DNA of 64,000 nt from the NCBI GenBank assembly GCA_036439915.1, contig GCA_036439915.1_3065.1. One strand, written 5' to 3'. The stretch's first letter is position 1, and every line of letters begins with the position of its first letter. This document shows positions 1-10,466 of the stretch, in pieces. Origin of the DNA: a phage. The position numbers were made by a program, and so were the translations under genes. The notes beneath the pieces were generated by a model that saw only the letters and a program-made list of their open reading frames with translations, had not been told where the DNA came from and did not search any database.

Positions 1-10
1 ATTTCCTCAG

Positions 11-18
11 TATAAATA
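11..18 (+). promoter_or_regulatory. T4-type late promoter TATAAATA upstream of uvsW
   Basis: exact TATAAATA about 30 nt upstream of uvsW ATG. Confidence 0.55.
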
Positions 19-47
19 TAGATATATTTATTACATGGTATTTAGAC

Positions 48-1559
48 ATGACTGACATTAAAGTACATTTTTATGATTTTAGTCACGTGAGAATTGATTG
101 TGAAGAAAGTACATTTCATGAACTCCGTGATTTCTTTAGCTTTGAAGCTGATGGGTATCGTTTTAATCCGAAGTACAAATATGGCCACTGGGATGGACGA
201 ATCCGTCTTTTAGATTATAATCGCCTTCTTCCGTTTGGCTTAGTCGGGCAAATTAAAAAGTTCTGTGATAACTTTGGCTATAAAGCCTGGATTGACCCGC
301 AAATTAACGAAAAAGAAAAATTATCAAGAAAAGATTTTGATGAATGGCTTTCTAAATTAGAAATCTATTCAGGAAATAAAAGAATTGAACCGCATTGGTA
401 TCAAAAAGATGCAGTGTTCGAAGGATTAGTTAATCGTCGTAGAATTCTTAATCTTCCAACATCCGCAGGTAAATCTTTAATTCAAGCTTTGCTTGCACGT
501 TATTATTTGGAAAATTATGAAGGTAAAATTCTTATCATTGTTCCAACAACTGCTCTGACAACTCAGATGGCTGATGACTTTGTTGACTATCGTTTATTCA
601 GTCATGCAATGATAAAGAAAATCGGTGGTGGAGCATCAAAAGATGATAAATATAAAAATGATGCACCGGTAATTGTTGGTACATGGCAAACTGTAGTAAA
701 ACAACCAAAAGAATGGTTCTCACAATTTGGAATGATGATGAACGATGAATGCCATCTTGCCACAGGAAAAAGTATTTCATCTATCATATCAGGTTTAAAT
801 AACTGTATGTTCAAATTTGGTCTATCGGGTTCATTACGTGATGGCAAAGCCAATATCATGCAGTATGTTGGAATGTTTGGTGAAATATTTAAGCCAGTAA
901 CGACTTCTAAATTAATGGAAGATGGACAAGTAACTGAGCTAAAAATTAATAGTATTTTTCTTCGCTATCCCGATGAGTTCACTACTAAATTAAAGGGAAA
1001 AACTTACCAAGAAGAAATAAAAATTATTACTGGACTCAGTAAAAGAAATAAATGGATCGCTAAATTAGCTATTAAACTTGCGCAAAAAGATGAAAACGCT
1101 TTTGTCATGTTTAAACATGTATCACATGGTAAAGCTATTTTCGATTTAATTAAAAATGAATACGATAAAGTTTATTACGTATCAGGGGAAGTTGATACTG
1201 AAACACGCAACGTAATGAAAACCTTAGCTGAAAACGGTAAAGGAATAATTATAGTAGCTAGTTATGGTGTATTTTCTACTGGTATTTCAGTTAAAAATCT
1301 GCATCACGTTGTTTTAGCACACGGTGTTAAATCTAAAATTATTGTATTGCAAACAATAGGTCGTGTATTACGTAAGCATGGTTCTAAAACAATCGCAACG
1401 GTCTGGGACCTCATTGACGATTGCGGTGTTAAGCCAAAATCTGCTAATACGAAAAAGAAATATGTTCATTTGAACTATCTTTTAAAACACGGCATTGATC
1501 GTATTCAGCGCTACGCAGATGAAAAATTTAATTACGTAATGAAAACAGTTAATTTATAA
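48..1559 (+). CDS. uvsW: UvsW SF2 helicase
   Basis: 503-aa ORF; Walker A LPTSAGKS and DECH box; recognised as T4 UvsW. Confidence 0.93.
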   Translation: MTDIKVHFYDFSHVRIDCEESTFHELRDFFSFEADGYRFNPKYKYGHWDGRIRLLDYNRLLPFGLVGQIKKFCDNFGYKAWIDPQINEKEKLSRKDFDEWLSKLEIYSGNKRIEPHWYQKDAVFEGLVNRRRILNLPTSAGKSLIQALLARYYLENYEGKILIIVPTTALTTQMADDFVDYRLFSHAMIKKIGGGASKDDKYKNDAPVIVGTWQTVVKQPKEWFSQFGMMMNDECHLATGKSISSIISGLNNCMFKFGLSGSLRDGKANIMQYVGMFGEIFKPVTTSKLMEDGQVTELKINSIFLRYPDEFTTKLKGKTYQEEIKIITGLSKRNKWIAKLAIKLAQKDENAFVMFKHVSHGKAIFDLIKNEYDKVYYVSGEVDTETRNVMKTLAENGKGIIIVASYGVFSTGISVKNLHHVVLAHGVKSKIIVLQTIGRVLRKHGSKTIATVWDLIDDCGVKPKSANTKKKYVHLNYLLKHGIDRIQRYADEKFNYVMKTVNL

Positions 1560-1577
1560 GGGCTTCGGCCCTTTGGA
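1560..1577 (+). terminator. UUCG-loop hairpin gggcttcggccc after uvsW
   Basis: perfect 4-bp GC stem with ttcg loop followed by ttt. Confidence 0.4.
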
Positions 1578-1815
1578 GAAAAAGATGTTACTAGAATTTA
1601 AACAATTTCTTTATGAAGCTTCTATTGATGAATTTATGGGTAAAATTGCCTCTTGTCAAACATTAGAAGGTCTAGAAGAACTTGAAGCTTATTATAAGAA
1701 AAGAGTTAAAGAAACTGAATTAAAAGATACTGATGACATCTCAGTCAGAGATGCTTTGGCAGGAAAAAGAGCTGAATTAGAAGATTCAGACGATGAAGTA
1801 GAAGAAAGCTTTTAA
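1573..1815 (+). CDS. uvsW.1: small acidic protein downstream of uvsW (UvsW.1-like)
   Basis: 80-aa ORF with acidic C-terminus; T4 synteny. Confidence 0.7.
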   Translation: MEKKMLLEFKQFLYEASIDEFMGKIASCQTLEGLEELEAYYKKRVKETELKDTDDISVRDALAGKRAELEDSDDEVEESF

Positions 1816-1868
1816 ATTAAAAAAGGCCCAACCAAAAAGGAAGGGCCAAAACTATAGACTAAAGGTCA

Positions 1869-2036
1869 CACTATAGCAAAAGTTGTGTTTCATTTAATTG
1901 TTCTTCAGAACTTTCTGAAACTGGTAGTTCTTTAATGTAATTATAGCAAGGCCCAGGATGTACAGGACCTTTGTCTGTTTCAACAACCAATGCAGAATCG
2001 ATTGGAGTTTTACAGACAACACAAATCTTATCTGAC
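1869..2036 (-). CDS. small Cys-containing protein (uvsY.-2 position)
   Basis: manually translated 55-aa ORF MSDKICVVCKTPIDS...; below ORF-track cutoff. Confidence 0.4.
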
Positions 2037-2066
2037 ATGATTGTCTCCTCTAAATTATATATCTAT

Positions 2067-2291
2067 TTATATAACTCTCATATGCATATCAATACCCATA
2101 TCTTTAGAATAAAAATATTCATCAAGATATCCGGCAAATTTTCCTTTAATATAAAGTACATCTTCACCGCATGGGTGGTCGGCCAGGATACGAATATCCT
2201 GACGCTTGAGATTATACTTTTTCATTAAGAATTGAATTTCCGTTTCGAATTCTTCTTCATAATTAAAAGCATCATCAATGCTATATTTCAT
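2067..2291 (-). CDS. hypothetical protein (uvsY.-1 position)
   Basis: 74-aa ORF; stop overlaps uvsY start. Confidence 0.65.
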   Translation of the reverse strand: MKYSIDDAFNYEEEFETEIQFLMKKYNLKRQDIRILADHPCGEDVLYIKGKFAGYLDEYFYSKDMGIDMHMRVI

Positions 2292-2704
2292 TATTTTCCA
2301 GCCTCAAATGCTCGCATGTCTTGAATATGCTTAATAGCAAATCCGCGTGATTTAATAGCATCAAGAGCTCCGCTACAGAAATCCAATAAAATTCCCCAAT
2401 ATTGTAATGAAGTATCAACTTTTAAAACGTCCTTATCAGCTGATAGAACTGTCTTCATTTCTGATTTTTCATAACGATCCATACTAAATTCATCACCATC
2501 TCCTCGTCCCGAGTAGTAGTCTAATTTAGCTTTAAGAGCAACTTTTTTCTGTGCTTCAATTCTAAGCATTTCCTTTTTAATACTTGAATGCTTATTGAGC
2601 CATTTACTATATAACATCACATTATTAGCTGCTTCATACTGTAATTTAGTCGAATCTATAAACACATCTTTCTTCAATTCTTCTTGAAGATCTTCTAATT
2701 TCAT
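2291..2704 (-). CDS. uvsY: UvsY recombination mediator
   Basis: 137-aa ORF recognised as T4 UvsY. Confidence 0.93.
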   Translation of the reverse strand: MKLEDLQEELKKDVFIDSTKLQYEAANNVMLYSKWLNKHSSIKKEMLRIEAQKKVALKAKLDYYSGRGDGDEFSMDRYEKSEMKTVLSADKDVLKVDTSLQYWGILLDFCSGALDAIKSRGFAIKHIQDMRAFEAGK

Positions 2705-2770
2705 ATTGTTCTCTATTCAATTGTTATTGGATGGACTTAGATTCATTATACCACGTTTATACGTGAAGCA

Positions 2771-3169
2771 TTATACTCTATTACTAGAAGCCAGTTGCAG
2801 TTTTATCTGCTCAATATCATCAGGGTTATCAATGACCGAAAAGCGTATTTCTACTATCAGAGTATAATCATCATAAACCGGTATTACATTAACTGCTAAT
2901 TTATCAATACGTGGCTCGTAGTTTCTTACTGCGCTTTCAATGTTACGCTCAACAGTATCAGCAGTAAGAGGAGTCATATTCTCAAAAAGTTGATCAGATA
3001 AATCGCATCCAAATTCTGGGTCAAATGGCCTTGACCCTTTCCTGGTTGTAATAATTCCCAAAAGGCTATTTTTAATTGACCTTAATCCAAGAGATCTGGA
3101 AACGTCTTTGTCCCAATCCATTTTCATTTCTGGGTCAATGTCAGAATAAAGCTTATTAATATTTGCCAT
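2771..3169 (-). CDS. 25: baseplate wedge protein gp25
   Basis: 132-aa ORF recognised as T4 gp25. Confidence 0.9.
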   Translation of the reverse strand: MANINKLYSDIDPEMKMDWDKDVSRSLGLRSIKNSLLGIITTRKGSRPFDPEFGCDLSDQLFENMTPLTADTVERNIESAVRNYEPRIDKLAVNVIPVYDDYTLIVEIRFSVIDNPDDIEQIKLQLASSNRV

Positions 3170-3795
3170 TACAATAGCTCAAAGAATTCTTTGAGTCCTC
3201 TTATTACATGAGCGTGAGTTTTTCCACACTCTGGACACTTAATTGGAACAGCCAAATAAACAGTAGGCTTTAAAAGCATATCTTTTATAGCTACAATATC
3301 TGACTCTGTGATGATAGAATATAAATCTTCCAACTCTTTTTCATTTAAGTCTTCAATTGGAATGCTTTCCCCGTTAGCATGAATTGTTTCTATACATGAT
3401 ACTATCATGTGGGCTATATTTTTATCATCAAAAATTTTAGGGTAATGGAACTTAATTTTAATGTCACCCAGTGTATACCAGAGGTCTTCTGGTGCATCTA
3501 TTTGCGTATGTAATAGATTTATATGGGTTGGTATTTCAGTTCCGCAGGTGCACTTCCAGGAGTTTTCGTGATTAACTTCCCCAAGAGAATGCGCCCATAA
3601 ATGAATCAACAAGAGTTCTGATTCTTGGCGGTTCAAATCTTTTGCATTTGTACAGTCTTTAATTAGCTTTTTAACGATCTCTTCGACTGAACCATTCTTT
3701 TTAGCAGTAATAAGTTCTAGATATTCTTTAAGAGTAAATGCGCGACAGTTGATTATTTTAGAACCAACTCTCACGTCAAATTTGTATTCATACAT
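3169..3795 (-). CDS. 26: baseplate hub protein gp26
   Basis: 208-aa ORF; position and length match T4 gp26. Confidence 0.85.
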   Translation of the reverse strand: MYEYKFDVRVGSKIINCRAFTLKEYLELITAKKNGSVEEIVKKLIKDCTNAKDLNRQESELLLIHLWAHSLGEVNHENSWKCTCGTEIPTHINLLHTQIDAPEDLWYTLGDIKIKFHYPKIFDDKNIAHMIVSCIETIHANGESIPIEDLNEKELEDLYSIITESDIVAIKDMLLKPTVYLAVPIKCPECGKTHAHVIRGLKEFFELL

Positions 3796-3816
3796 ATTTA
3801 GCTCCTTTATTTATCA

Positions 3817-3824
3817 TATTTATA
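3817..3824 (-). promoter_or_regulatory. late promoter TATAAATA for gene 26 (minus strand)
   Basis: tatttata on + strand = TATAAATA on minus; overlaps + strand late promoter. Confidence 0.5.
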
Positions 3825-3828
3825 AATA
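3821..3828 (+). promoter_or_regulatory. late promoter TATAAATA for gene 51
   Basis: exact TATAAATA 18 nt upstream of gene 51 ATG with AGGAG RBS. Confidence 0.6.
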
Positions 3829-3845
3829 GAATAAAAGGAGCATCT

Positions 3846-4595
3846 ATGGCAAACATTATTCGTTGTAAATTACCAGATGGTGTTCATCGTTTTAAACCAT
3901 TTACGGTAGAAGATTATCGAGATTTTTTGTTAGTTCGAAACGATATAGAACATCGGTCACCACAAGAACAAAAAGAAATAATTGCTGATTTAATTGCCGA
4001 TTATTTTGGAGACTATCCGAAGACTTGGCAACCATTTATATTTTTGCAGGTATTTGTAGGATCAATAGGTAAAACTAAAGTACCGGTCACATTTGTATGT
4101 CCAAAATGTAAAAAAGAAAAGACAGTTCCATTTGAAATATATCAAAAAGAATTAAAGGAACCTGTTTTCGATGTAGCTAATGTTAAAATTAAATTAAAGT
4201 TTCCTTCTGAGTTTTATGAAAATAAAGCAAAGATGATTACTGAAAATATTCATTCTGTTCAAGTAGATGAAACATGGTATGATTGGAAGGAAATTAGTGA
4301 ATCAAGTCAAATAGAACTTGTTGATGCCATCGAGATAGAAACATTAGAAAAAATTCTCGATGCATTGAATCCTATTAATTTAACGCTACATATGTCCTGC
4401 TGTGATAAGTATGTAAAAAAATACACTGATATAGTAGATGTGTTTAAGCTATTAGTTAACCCAGATGAAATATTTACTTTTTATCAAATTAATCACACAC
4501 TCGTAAAAAGTAATTATAGCTTAAATTCAATAATGAAAATGATTCCTGCCGAGCGCGGATTCGTATTAAAACTGATTGAGAAGGATAAACAATAA
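3846..4595 (+). CDS. 51: baseplate hub assembly catalyst gp51
   Basis: 249-aa ORF; T4 synteny and length. Confidence 0.85.
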   Translation: MANIIRCKLPDGVHRFKPFTVEDYRDFLLVRNDIEHRSPQEQKEIIADLIADYFGDYPKTWQPFIFLQVFVGSIGKTKVPVTFVCPKCKKEKTVPFEIYQKELKEPVFDVANVKIKLKFPSEFYENKAKMITENIHSVQVDETWYDWKEISESSQIELVDAIEIETLEKILDALNPINLTLHMSCCDKYVKKYTDIVDVFKLLVNPDEIFTFYQINHTLVKSNYSLNSIMKMIPAERGFVLKLIEKDKQ

Positions 4596-5770
4596 TGAGT
4601 ATGTTGCAACGCCCTGGATATCCAAATCTCAGCGTTAAATTATTTGATAGCTACGACGCTTGGAGTAATAATAGATTTGTTGAATTAGCTGCTACTATTA
4701 CCACATTAACTATGCGGGATTCTCTTTATGGCCGAAATGAAGGAATGCTGCAGTTTTATGATTCTAAAAACATCCATACAAAAATGGATGGAAACGAAAT
4801 AATTCAGATTTCTGTAGCTAATGCAAACGATATTAATAATGTTAAAACAAGAATTTATGGATGTAAGCATTTTTCCGTGTCAGTAGATTCAAAGGGTGAT
4901 AACATCATTGCTATTGAATTGGGAACTATTCATTCTATAGAAAATCTTAAATTTGGCAGACCGTTTTTCCCTGATGCAGGTGAATCTATAAAGGAAATGC
5001 TTGGTGTCATTTATCAAGACCGCACGCTATTAACTCCAGCGATAAATGCTATAAATGCTTATGTTCCTGATATTCCGTGGACTAGCACATTTGAAAACTA
5101 TTTGTCATATGTCAGAGAAGTTGCTCTAGCTGTAGGAAGTGACAAATTTGTATTTGTATGGCAAGACATCATGGGGGTTAACATGATGGACTATGATATG
5201 ATGATAAATCAAGAACCATATCCAATGATTGTCGGTGAGCCATCTTTAATAGGTCAATTCATCCAAGAATTAAAATATCCATTGGCATATGATTTCGTTT
5301 GGTTGACTAAATCGAATCCTCACAAACGTGACCCAATGAAAAACGCTACTATCTATGCTCATTCATTTTTAGATTCTTCATTGCCAATGATTACTACAGG
5401 AAAGGGCGAAAACTCTATTGTAGTGTCAAGGTCAGGTGCTTATTCTGAAATGACTTATAGGAATGGATATGAAGAAGCTATTCGTCTTCAAACTATGGCG
5501 CAATACGATGGCTATGCTAAATGTTCTACTGTCGGTAATTTTAACTTGACTCCTGGCGTTAAAATTATTTTTAATGATAGTAAAAACCAATTTAAAACAG
5601 AATTTTACGTTGATGAAGTTATCCATGAATTATCAAATAATAATTCAGTAACTCATCTATATATGTTCACTAATGCAACGAAACTGGAAACAATAGACCC
5701 AGTTAAGGTTAAAAATGAATTTAAATCTGATACTACCACTGAAGAAAGTAGTTCTTCCAATAAGCAATAA
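4595..5770 (+). CDS. 27: baseplate hub protein gp27
   Basis: 391-aa ORF; T4 synteny and length. Confidence 0.9.
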   Translation: MSMLQRPGYPNLSVKLFDSYDAWSNNRFVELAATITTLTMRDSLYGRNEGMLQFYDSKNIHTKMDGNEIIQISVANANDINNVKTRIYGCKHFSVSVDSKGDNIIAIELGTIHSIENLKFGRPFFPDAGESIKEMLGVIYQDRTLLTPAINAINAYVPDIPWTSTFENYLSYVREVALAVGSDKFVFVWQDIMGVNMMDYDMMINQEPYPMIVGEPSLIGQFIQELKYPLAYDFVWLTKSNPHKRDPMKNATIYAHSFLDSSLPMITTGKGENSIVVSRSGAYSEMTYRNGYEEAIRLQTMAQYDGYAKCSTVGNFNLTPGVKIIFNDSKNQFKTEFYVDEVIHELSNNNSVTHLYMFTNATKLETIDPVKVKNEFKSDTTTEESSSSNKQ

Positions 5771-6248
5771 AGAAGTTTCTATTCCTAAAATGGGTCTTAA
5801 ACATTATAACATTTTAAAAGATGTTAAAGGTCCTGATGAAAATTTAAAACTTCTTATTGATTCTATTTGTCCGAATTTATCACCGGCAGAAGTTGATTTC
5901 GTTTCTATTCATTTATTGGAATTTAATGGAAAGATTAAATCTCGTAAAGAAATAGATGGTTATACTTATGACATTAATGATGTTTATGTATGCCAAAGAT
6001 TAGAATTTCAATACCAAGGAAATACATTTTATTTTAGACCTCCTGGAAAATTTGAACAATTTTTAACGGTGAGCGATATGTTATCTAAATGCTTGCTTAA
6101 GGTCAACGATGAAGTTAAAGAAATTAATTTTCTTGAGATGCCAGCATTCGTTTTAAAATGGGCAAATGATATTTTTACAACTTTAGCAATTCCTGGCCCT
6201 AATGGTCCAATAACTGGAATTGGCAATATTATTGGATTATTTGAATGA
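5715..6248 (+). CDS. 28: baseplate hub distal protein gp28
   Basis: 177-aa ORF overlapping 3' end of gene 27. Confidence 0.8.
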   Translation: MNLNLILPLKKVVLPISNKEVSIPKMGLKHYNILKDVKGPDENLKLLIDSICPNLSPAEVDFVSIHLLEFNGKIKSRKEIDGYTYDINDVYVCQRLEFQYQGNTFYFRPPGKFEQFLTVSDMLSKCLLKVNDEVKEINFLEMPAFVLKWANDIFTTLAIPGPNGPITGIGNIIGLFE

Positions 6249-8017
6249 AAAAGCCACAAGAAATGCAAACGATGCGTAGAAAAGTTATTTCAGATAATAA
6301 ACCAACACAGGAAGCGGCTAAATCCGCTTCCAACACTTTATCTGGACTTAATGATATATCTACGAAATTGGATGATGCTCAAGCTGCTTCTGAATTAATA
6401 GCTCAAACTGTCGAAGAAAAATCGAATGAAATAGTTGGAGCAATTGGTAACGTAGAAAGCGCAGTGAGTGATACTACTGCTGGTTCTGAGTTAATTGCTG
6501 AAACTGTCGAAATTGGCAACAATATTAATAAAGAAATCGGTGAATCACTCGGAAGCAAATTAGATAAATTAACAAGTTTACTAGAGCAAAAAATCCAGAC
6601 AGCTGGAATTCAACAAACAGGAACTAGTTTAGCTACGGTTGAAAGCGCTATTCCCGTTAAAGTCGTTGAGGATGATACTGCTGAATCTGTGGGTCCTTTA
6701 TTACCAGCTCCTGAAGCAGTTAATAATGATCCTGACGCTGATTTTTTCCCTACCCCTCAGCCAGTTGAGCCAAAGCAAGAATCACCAGAAGAAAAACAGA
6801 AAAAAGAAGCATTTAACTTAAAATTATCTCAAGCTTTAGATAAATTAACAAAGACAGTTGATTTTGGATTTAAGAAATCCATTTCAATTACTGATAAAAT
6901 ATCAAGCATGCTATTTAAGTATACCGTCAGTGCTGCTATTGAAGCTGCTAAAATGACTGCAATGATATTGGCTGTTGTTGTTGGAATAGACCTGTTGATG
7001 GTTCATTTTAAATACTGGTCAGATAAATTTTCAAAAGCCTGGGATTTATTTAATACTGACTTTACTAAATTCTCTAGCGAAACCGGAACATGGGGCCCTT
7101 TATTACAGAGCATCTTTAGTTCTATTGATAAAATTAAGAAGCTGTGGGAAGCTGGAGATTGGGGCGGATTGACAGCAGCTATTGTAGAAGGGCTTGGAAA
7201 GGTTCTTTTTAATTTAGGAGAGCTTATTCAACTTGGAATGGCTAAATTATCTGCTGCAATTCTTCGAGTCATTCCTGGCATGAAAGACACTGCTGACGAA
7301 GTAGAAGGAAGAGCACTAGAAAATTTCCAAAACACTACAAATGCTTCTCTTAGCAAAGAAGACCAAGAAAAAGTTGCAAATTATCAATATAAAAGAATGA
7401 ATGGCGATCTTGGTCCAATAGCAAAAGGACTAGACAAAATTGCGAACTGGAAAACTCGCGCATCTAACTGGATTCGTGGTGTTGATAATAAAGAAGCACT
7501 AACGACTGATGAAGAGAGAGAAGAGGAAGAAGAAAAATTAAAGCAACTTTCTCCGGAGGAAGCTAAAATTGCTTTAATGAAAGCTAATGAAGCTCGTGCT
7601 GCTATGAATCGTTTTGATGAATACGCTAATTCGGCTGATATGAGTAAAGATTCAACAGTTAAATCAGTTGAAGCTGCCTATGAAGACCTTAAAAAACGGA
7701 TGGATGACCCGGATTTAAATAATTCACCGGCAGTTAAAAAAGAGCTTGCTGCTAGATTTTCTAAAATTGATGCTACTTATCAAGAGCTCAAGAAAAATCA
7801 GCCTAATGCCAAACCTGAAACTTCTGCTAAATCGCCAGAAGCAAAACAAGTCCAGGTTATTGAAAAGAACAAAGCACAACAAGCTCCTGTTCAACAAGCA
7901 TCTCCTTCGATCAATAATACTAATAATGTTATTAAGAAAAATACTGTCGTTCATAATATGACACCCGTAACGAGCACGACTGCTCCTGGTGTATTTGATG
8001 CGACTGGAGTTAATTAA
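6245..8017 (+). CDS. 29: baseplate hub / tail length determinator gp29
   Basis: 590-aa ORF; T4 synteny and length. Confidence 0.9.
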   Translation: MKKPQEMQTMRRKVISDNKPTQEAAKSASNTLSGLNDISTKLDDAQAASELIAQTVEEKSNEIVGAIGNVESAVSDTTAGSELIAETVEIGNNINKEIGESLGSKLDKLTSLLEQKIQTAGIQQTGTSLATVESAIPVKVVEDDTAESVGPLLPAPEAVNNDPDADFFPTPQPVEPKQESPEEKQKKEAFNLKLSQALDKLTKTVDFGFKKSISITDKISSMLFKYTVSAAIEAAKMTAMILAVVVGIDLLMVHFKYWSDKFSKAWDLFNTDFTKFSSETGTWGPLLQSIFSSIDKIKKLWEAGDWGGLTAAIVEGLGKVLFNLGELIQLGMAKLSAAILRVIPGMKDTADEVEGRALENFQNTTNASLSKEDQEKVANYQYKRMNGDLGPIAKGLDKIANWKTRASNWIRGVDNKEALTTDEEREEEEEKLKQLSPEEAKIALMKANEARAAMNRFDEYANSADMSKDSTVKSVEAAYEDLKKRMDDPDLNNSPAVKKELAARFSKIDATYQELKKNQPNAKPETSAKSPEAKQVQVIEKNKAQQAPVQQASPSINNTNNVIKKNTVVHNMTPVTSTTAPGVFDATGVN

Positions 8018-8025
8018 GGAATAAT

Positions 8026-9120
8026 ATGGCAATTGTTAAAGAAATAACTGCTGATTTAATTAAAAAGTCCGGTGAGAAAATTTCAGCCGGACAGAGCACT
8101 AAATCAGAAGTAGGAACTAAAACATACACTGCCCAGTTTCCAACTGGGCGTGCTAGTGGTAATGACACTACAGGGGACTTCCAGGTAACAGATCTATATA
8201 AGAATGGATTATTATTTACTGCATACAATATGTCATCTAGGGATTCTGGAAGTCTTAGATCGATGAGATCTAACTACTCTTCTTCATCTTCGAGTATTTT
8301 ACGTACAGCCAGAAACACTATCAGTAATACAGTATCAAAACTGTCAAATGGATTAATATCAGATAATAATTCAGGAACAATAAGTAAAGCCCCTGTTGCA
8401 AATATTCTTTTACCAAGATCTAAATCTGATGTTGATACATCATCACATAGATTTAATGATGTTCAAGAAAGTCTTATCAGCAGAGGCGGAGGTACTGCTA
8501 CTGGTGTGCTAAGTAATATTGCTTCAACCGCAGTATTTGGGGCACTGGAAAGTATAACACAAGGTATAATGGCTGATAATAATGAACAGATTTATACTAC
8601 AGCCAGAAGTATGTATGGTGGTGCTGAGAATAGAACTAAAGTGTTTACATGGGATTTGACTCCACGTTCCACAGAAGATTTGATGGCTATTATTAATATC
8701 TATCAATATTTTAACTATTTTTCTTATGGTGAAACGGGTAAATCTCAATATGCTGCTGAAATAAAGGGGTATTTAGATGATTGGTATCGTTCTACGTTAA
8801 TTGAACCTTTATCTCCGGAAGACGCAGCTAAAAATAAAACACTATTTGAGAAAATGACATCGAGTTTAACTAACGTTCTAGTAGTTTCAAACCCGACAAT
8901 TTGGATGGTGAAAAACTTTGGTGCAACATCTAAGTTTGATGGAAAAACGGAAATATTTGGCCCATGCCAAATACAGAGCATCAGATTTGATAAAACACCT
9001 AATGGTAACTTTAACGGATTAGCTATTGCTCCAAACCTCCCTAGTACATTTACTCTTGAGATTACTATGAGAGAAATTATCACGTTAAACCGTGCTTCTT
9101 TATATGCGGGGACTTTTTAA
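8026..9120 (+). CDS. 48: baseplate tail-tube junction protein gp48
   Basis: 364-aa ORF; T4 synteny and length. Confidence 0.9.
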   Translation: MAIVKEITADLIKKSGEKISAGQSTKSEVGTKTYTAQFPTGRASGNDTTGDFQVTDLYKNGLLFTAYNMSSRDSGSLRSMRSNYSSSSSSILRTARNTISNTVSKLSNGLISDNNSGTISKAPVANILLPRSKSDVDTSSHRFNDVQESLISRGGGTATGVLSNIASTAVFGALESITQGIMADNNEQIYTTARSMYGGAENRTKVFTWDLTPRSTEDLMAIINIYQYFNYFSYGETGKSQYAAEIKGYLDDWYRSTLIEPLSPEDAAKNKTLFEKMTSSLTNVLVVSNPTIWMVKNFGATSKFDGKTEIFGPCQIQSIRFDKTPNGNFNGLAIAPNLPSTFTLEITMREIITLNRASLYAGTF

Positions 9121-10085
9121 TGTATTCTTTAGAGGAATTTAATAATCAAGCAATAAACGCAGATTTCCAACGTAATAATATGTTTAGCTGCGTTTTTGCG
9201 ACAACTCCATCAACTAAAAGCTCTTCGTTGATAAGTTCAATTAGCAACTTTTCTTATAATAACTTGGGTCTAAATTCAGATTGGTTAGGATTGACTCAAG
9301 GTGATATTAATCAGGGAATTACCACGCTAATTACTGCTGGCACACAAAAACTGATAAGAAAATCAGGGGTTAGTAAATATCTTATTGGTGCCATGAGTCA
9401 ACGTACAGTTCAAAGTTTATTGGGCTCATTTACAGTTGGTACATATTTAATTGACTTCTTTAACATGGCATATAACTCATCTGGATTGATGATATATTCC
9501 GTAAAAATGCCAGAGAATAGATTATCCTATGAAACTGACTGGAACTATAATTCTCCTAATATTCGTATAACTGGGAGAGAATTAGACCCTTTGGTTATTT
9601 CATTTAGAATGGATTCAGAAGCATGTAATTATCGTGCGATGCAAGACTGGGTTAACGCTGTTCAAGACCCAGTAACTGGATTACGCGCTTTGCCACAAGA
9701 TGTCGAGGCAGACATTCAGGTTAATCTTCATGCTCGTAATGGATTACCTCATACTGCTGTGATGTTCACCGGATGCATTCCAGTGTCAGTGAGCGCTCCT
9801 GAGTTATCATATGATGGAGATAATCAAATAACTACATTTGATGTTACTTTTGCGTATAGAGTCATGCAGGCTGGAGCAGTTGATAGACAAGCTGCGCTTG
9901 AATGGCTTGAATCTGCTGCTATAAATGGCATTCAAAGCGTTCTCGGAAATAGTGGAGGTGTTACTGGACTATCTAATTCGCTTTCACGACTTAGTAGATT
10001 AGGAGGAACTGCTGGAAGCATTTCAAACATTAATACTATGACGGGAATTGTCAACTCGCAAAGTAAAATATTAGGAGCAATATAA
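9120..10085 (+). CDS. 54: baseplate tail-tube initiator gp54
   Basis: 321-aa ORF; T4 synteny and length. Confidence 0.9.
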   Translation: MYSLEEFNNQAINADFQRNNMFSCVFATTPSTKSSSLISSISNFSYNNLGLNSDWLGLTQGDINQGITTLITAGTQKLIRKSGVSKYLIGAMSQRTVQSLLGSFTVGTYLIDFFNMAYNSSGLMIYSVKMPENRLSYETDWNYNSPNIRITGRELDPLVISFRMDSEACNYRAMQDWVNAVQDPVTGLRALPQDVEADIQVNLHARNGLPHTAVMFTGCIPVSVSAPELSYDGDNQITTFDVTFAYRVMQAGAVDRQAALEWLESAAINGIQSVLGNSGGVTGLSNSLSRLSRLGGTAGSISNINTMTGIVNSQSKILGAI

Positions 10086-10089
10086 CAAT

Positions 10090-10119
10090 GGGGACCGAAA
10101 GGTCCCCATATTTTTATTT
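10090..10119 (+). terminator. intrinsic terminator after gene 54
   Basis: ggggacc-gaaa-ggtcccc hairpin followed by atatttttattt. Confidence 0.7.
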
Positions 10120-10404
10120 ACGGAACGAAATAAAAGCAGCAACTGAAGCAACTAAACTGTCTTCAATATAAACTTCAATTTTTACCGGAGCTTCTGACTC
10201 AAATTTGCCTGTTACTACACCTTGGAAAATGCTTTCAGTCTGTTCTGGCTTTGAAAAATTTTCAGAAGGAAAAATTCCGAACTTTTTATCTGTTCCAAAA
10301 ATTTTGATAAATTCATCGTAAACTGCTTCATTAAAAGCGTTATCAGCAGGAATAACGCCTTCAACTACGAGTTCTTGACCTAAAAAGCGCAAAGAAGATT
10401 TCAT
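10114..10404 (-). CDS. hypothetical protein (alt.-3 / alt.-2 position)
   Basis: 96-aa ORF with GAGGA RBS directly downstream of an early promoter. Confidence 0.6.
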   Translation of the reverse strand: MKSSLRFLGQELVVEGVIPADNAFNEAVYDEFIKIFGTDKKFGIFPSENFSKPEQTESIFQGVVTGKFESEAPVKIEVYIEDSLVASVAAFISFRK

Positions 10405-10424
10405 TTTGTGTTCCTCATGTTATG

Positions 10425-10466
10425 TCAGTAAGATTATTATAACACAACACGAGGGACTTGTAAACT
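10425..10466 (-). promoter_or_regulatory. T4-type early promoter (GTTTAC -35, TATAAT -10)
   Basis: minus strand reads GTTTACAAGTCCCTCGTGTTGTGTTATAAT; near-identical copy at 26220-26260. Confidence 0.6.

Noticed and set aside
598-859. Antisense ORFs inside uvsW (60 and 85 aa); similar antisense ORFs inside nrdA, gp34, gp37, rIIB, gp39 and others
   Set aside because: They lie wholly within long, well-supported genes on the opposite strand, with no RBS or conservation signal. They are ordinary chance ORFs in AT-rich DNA.
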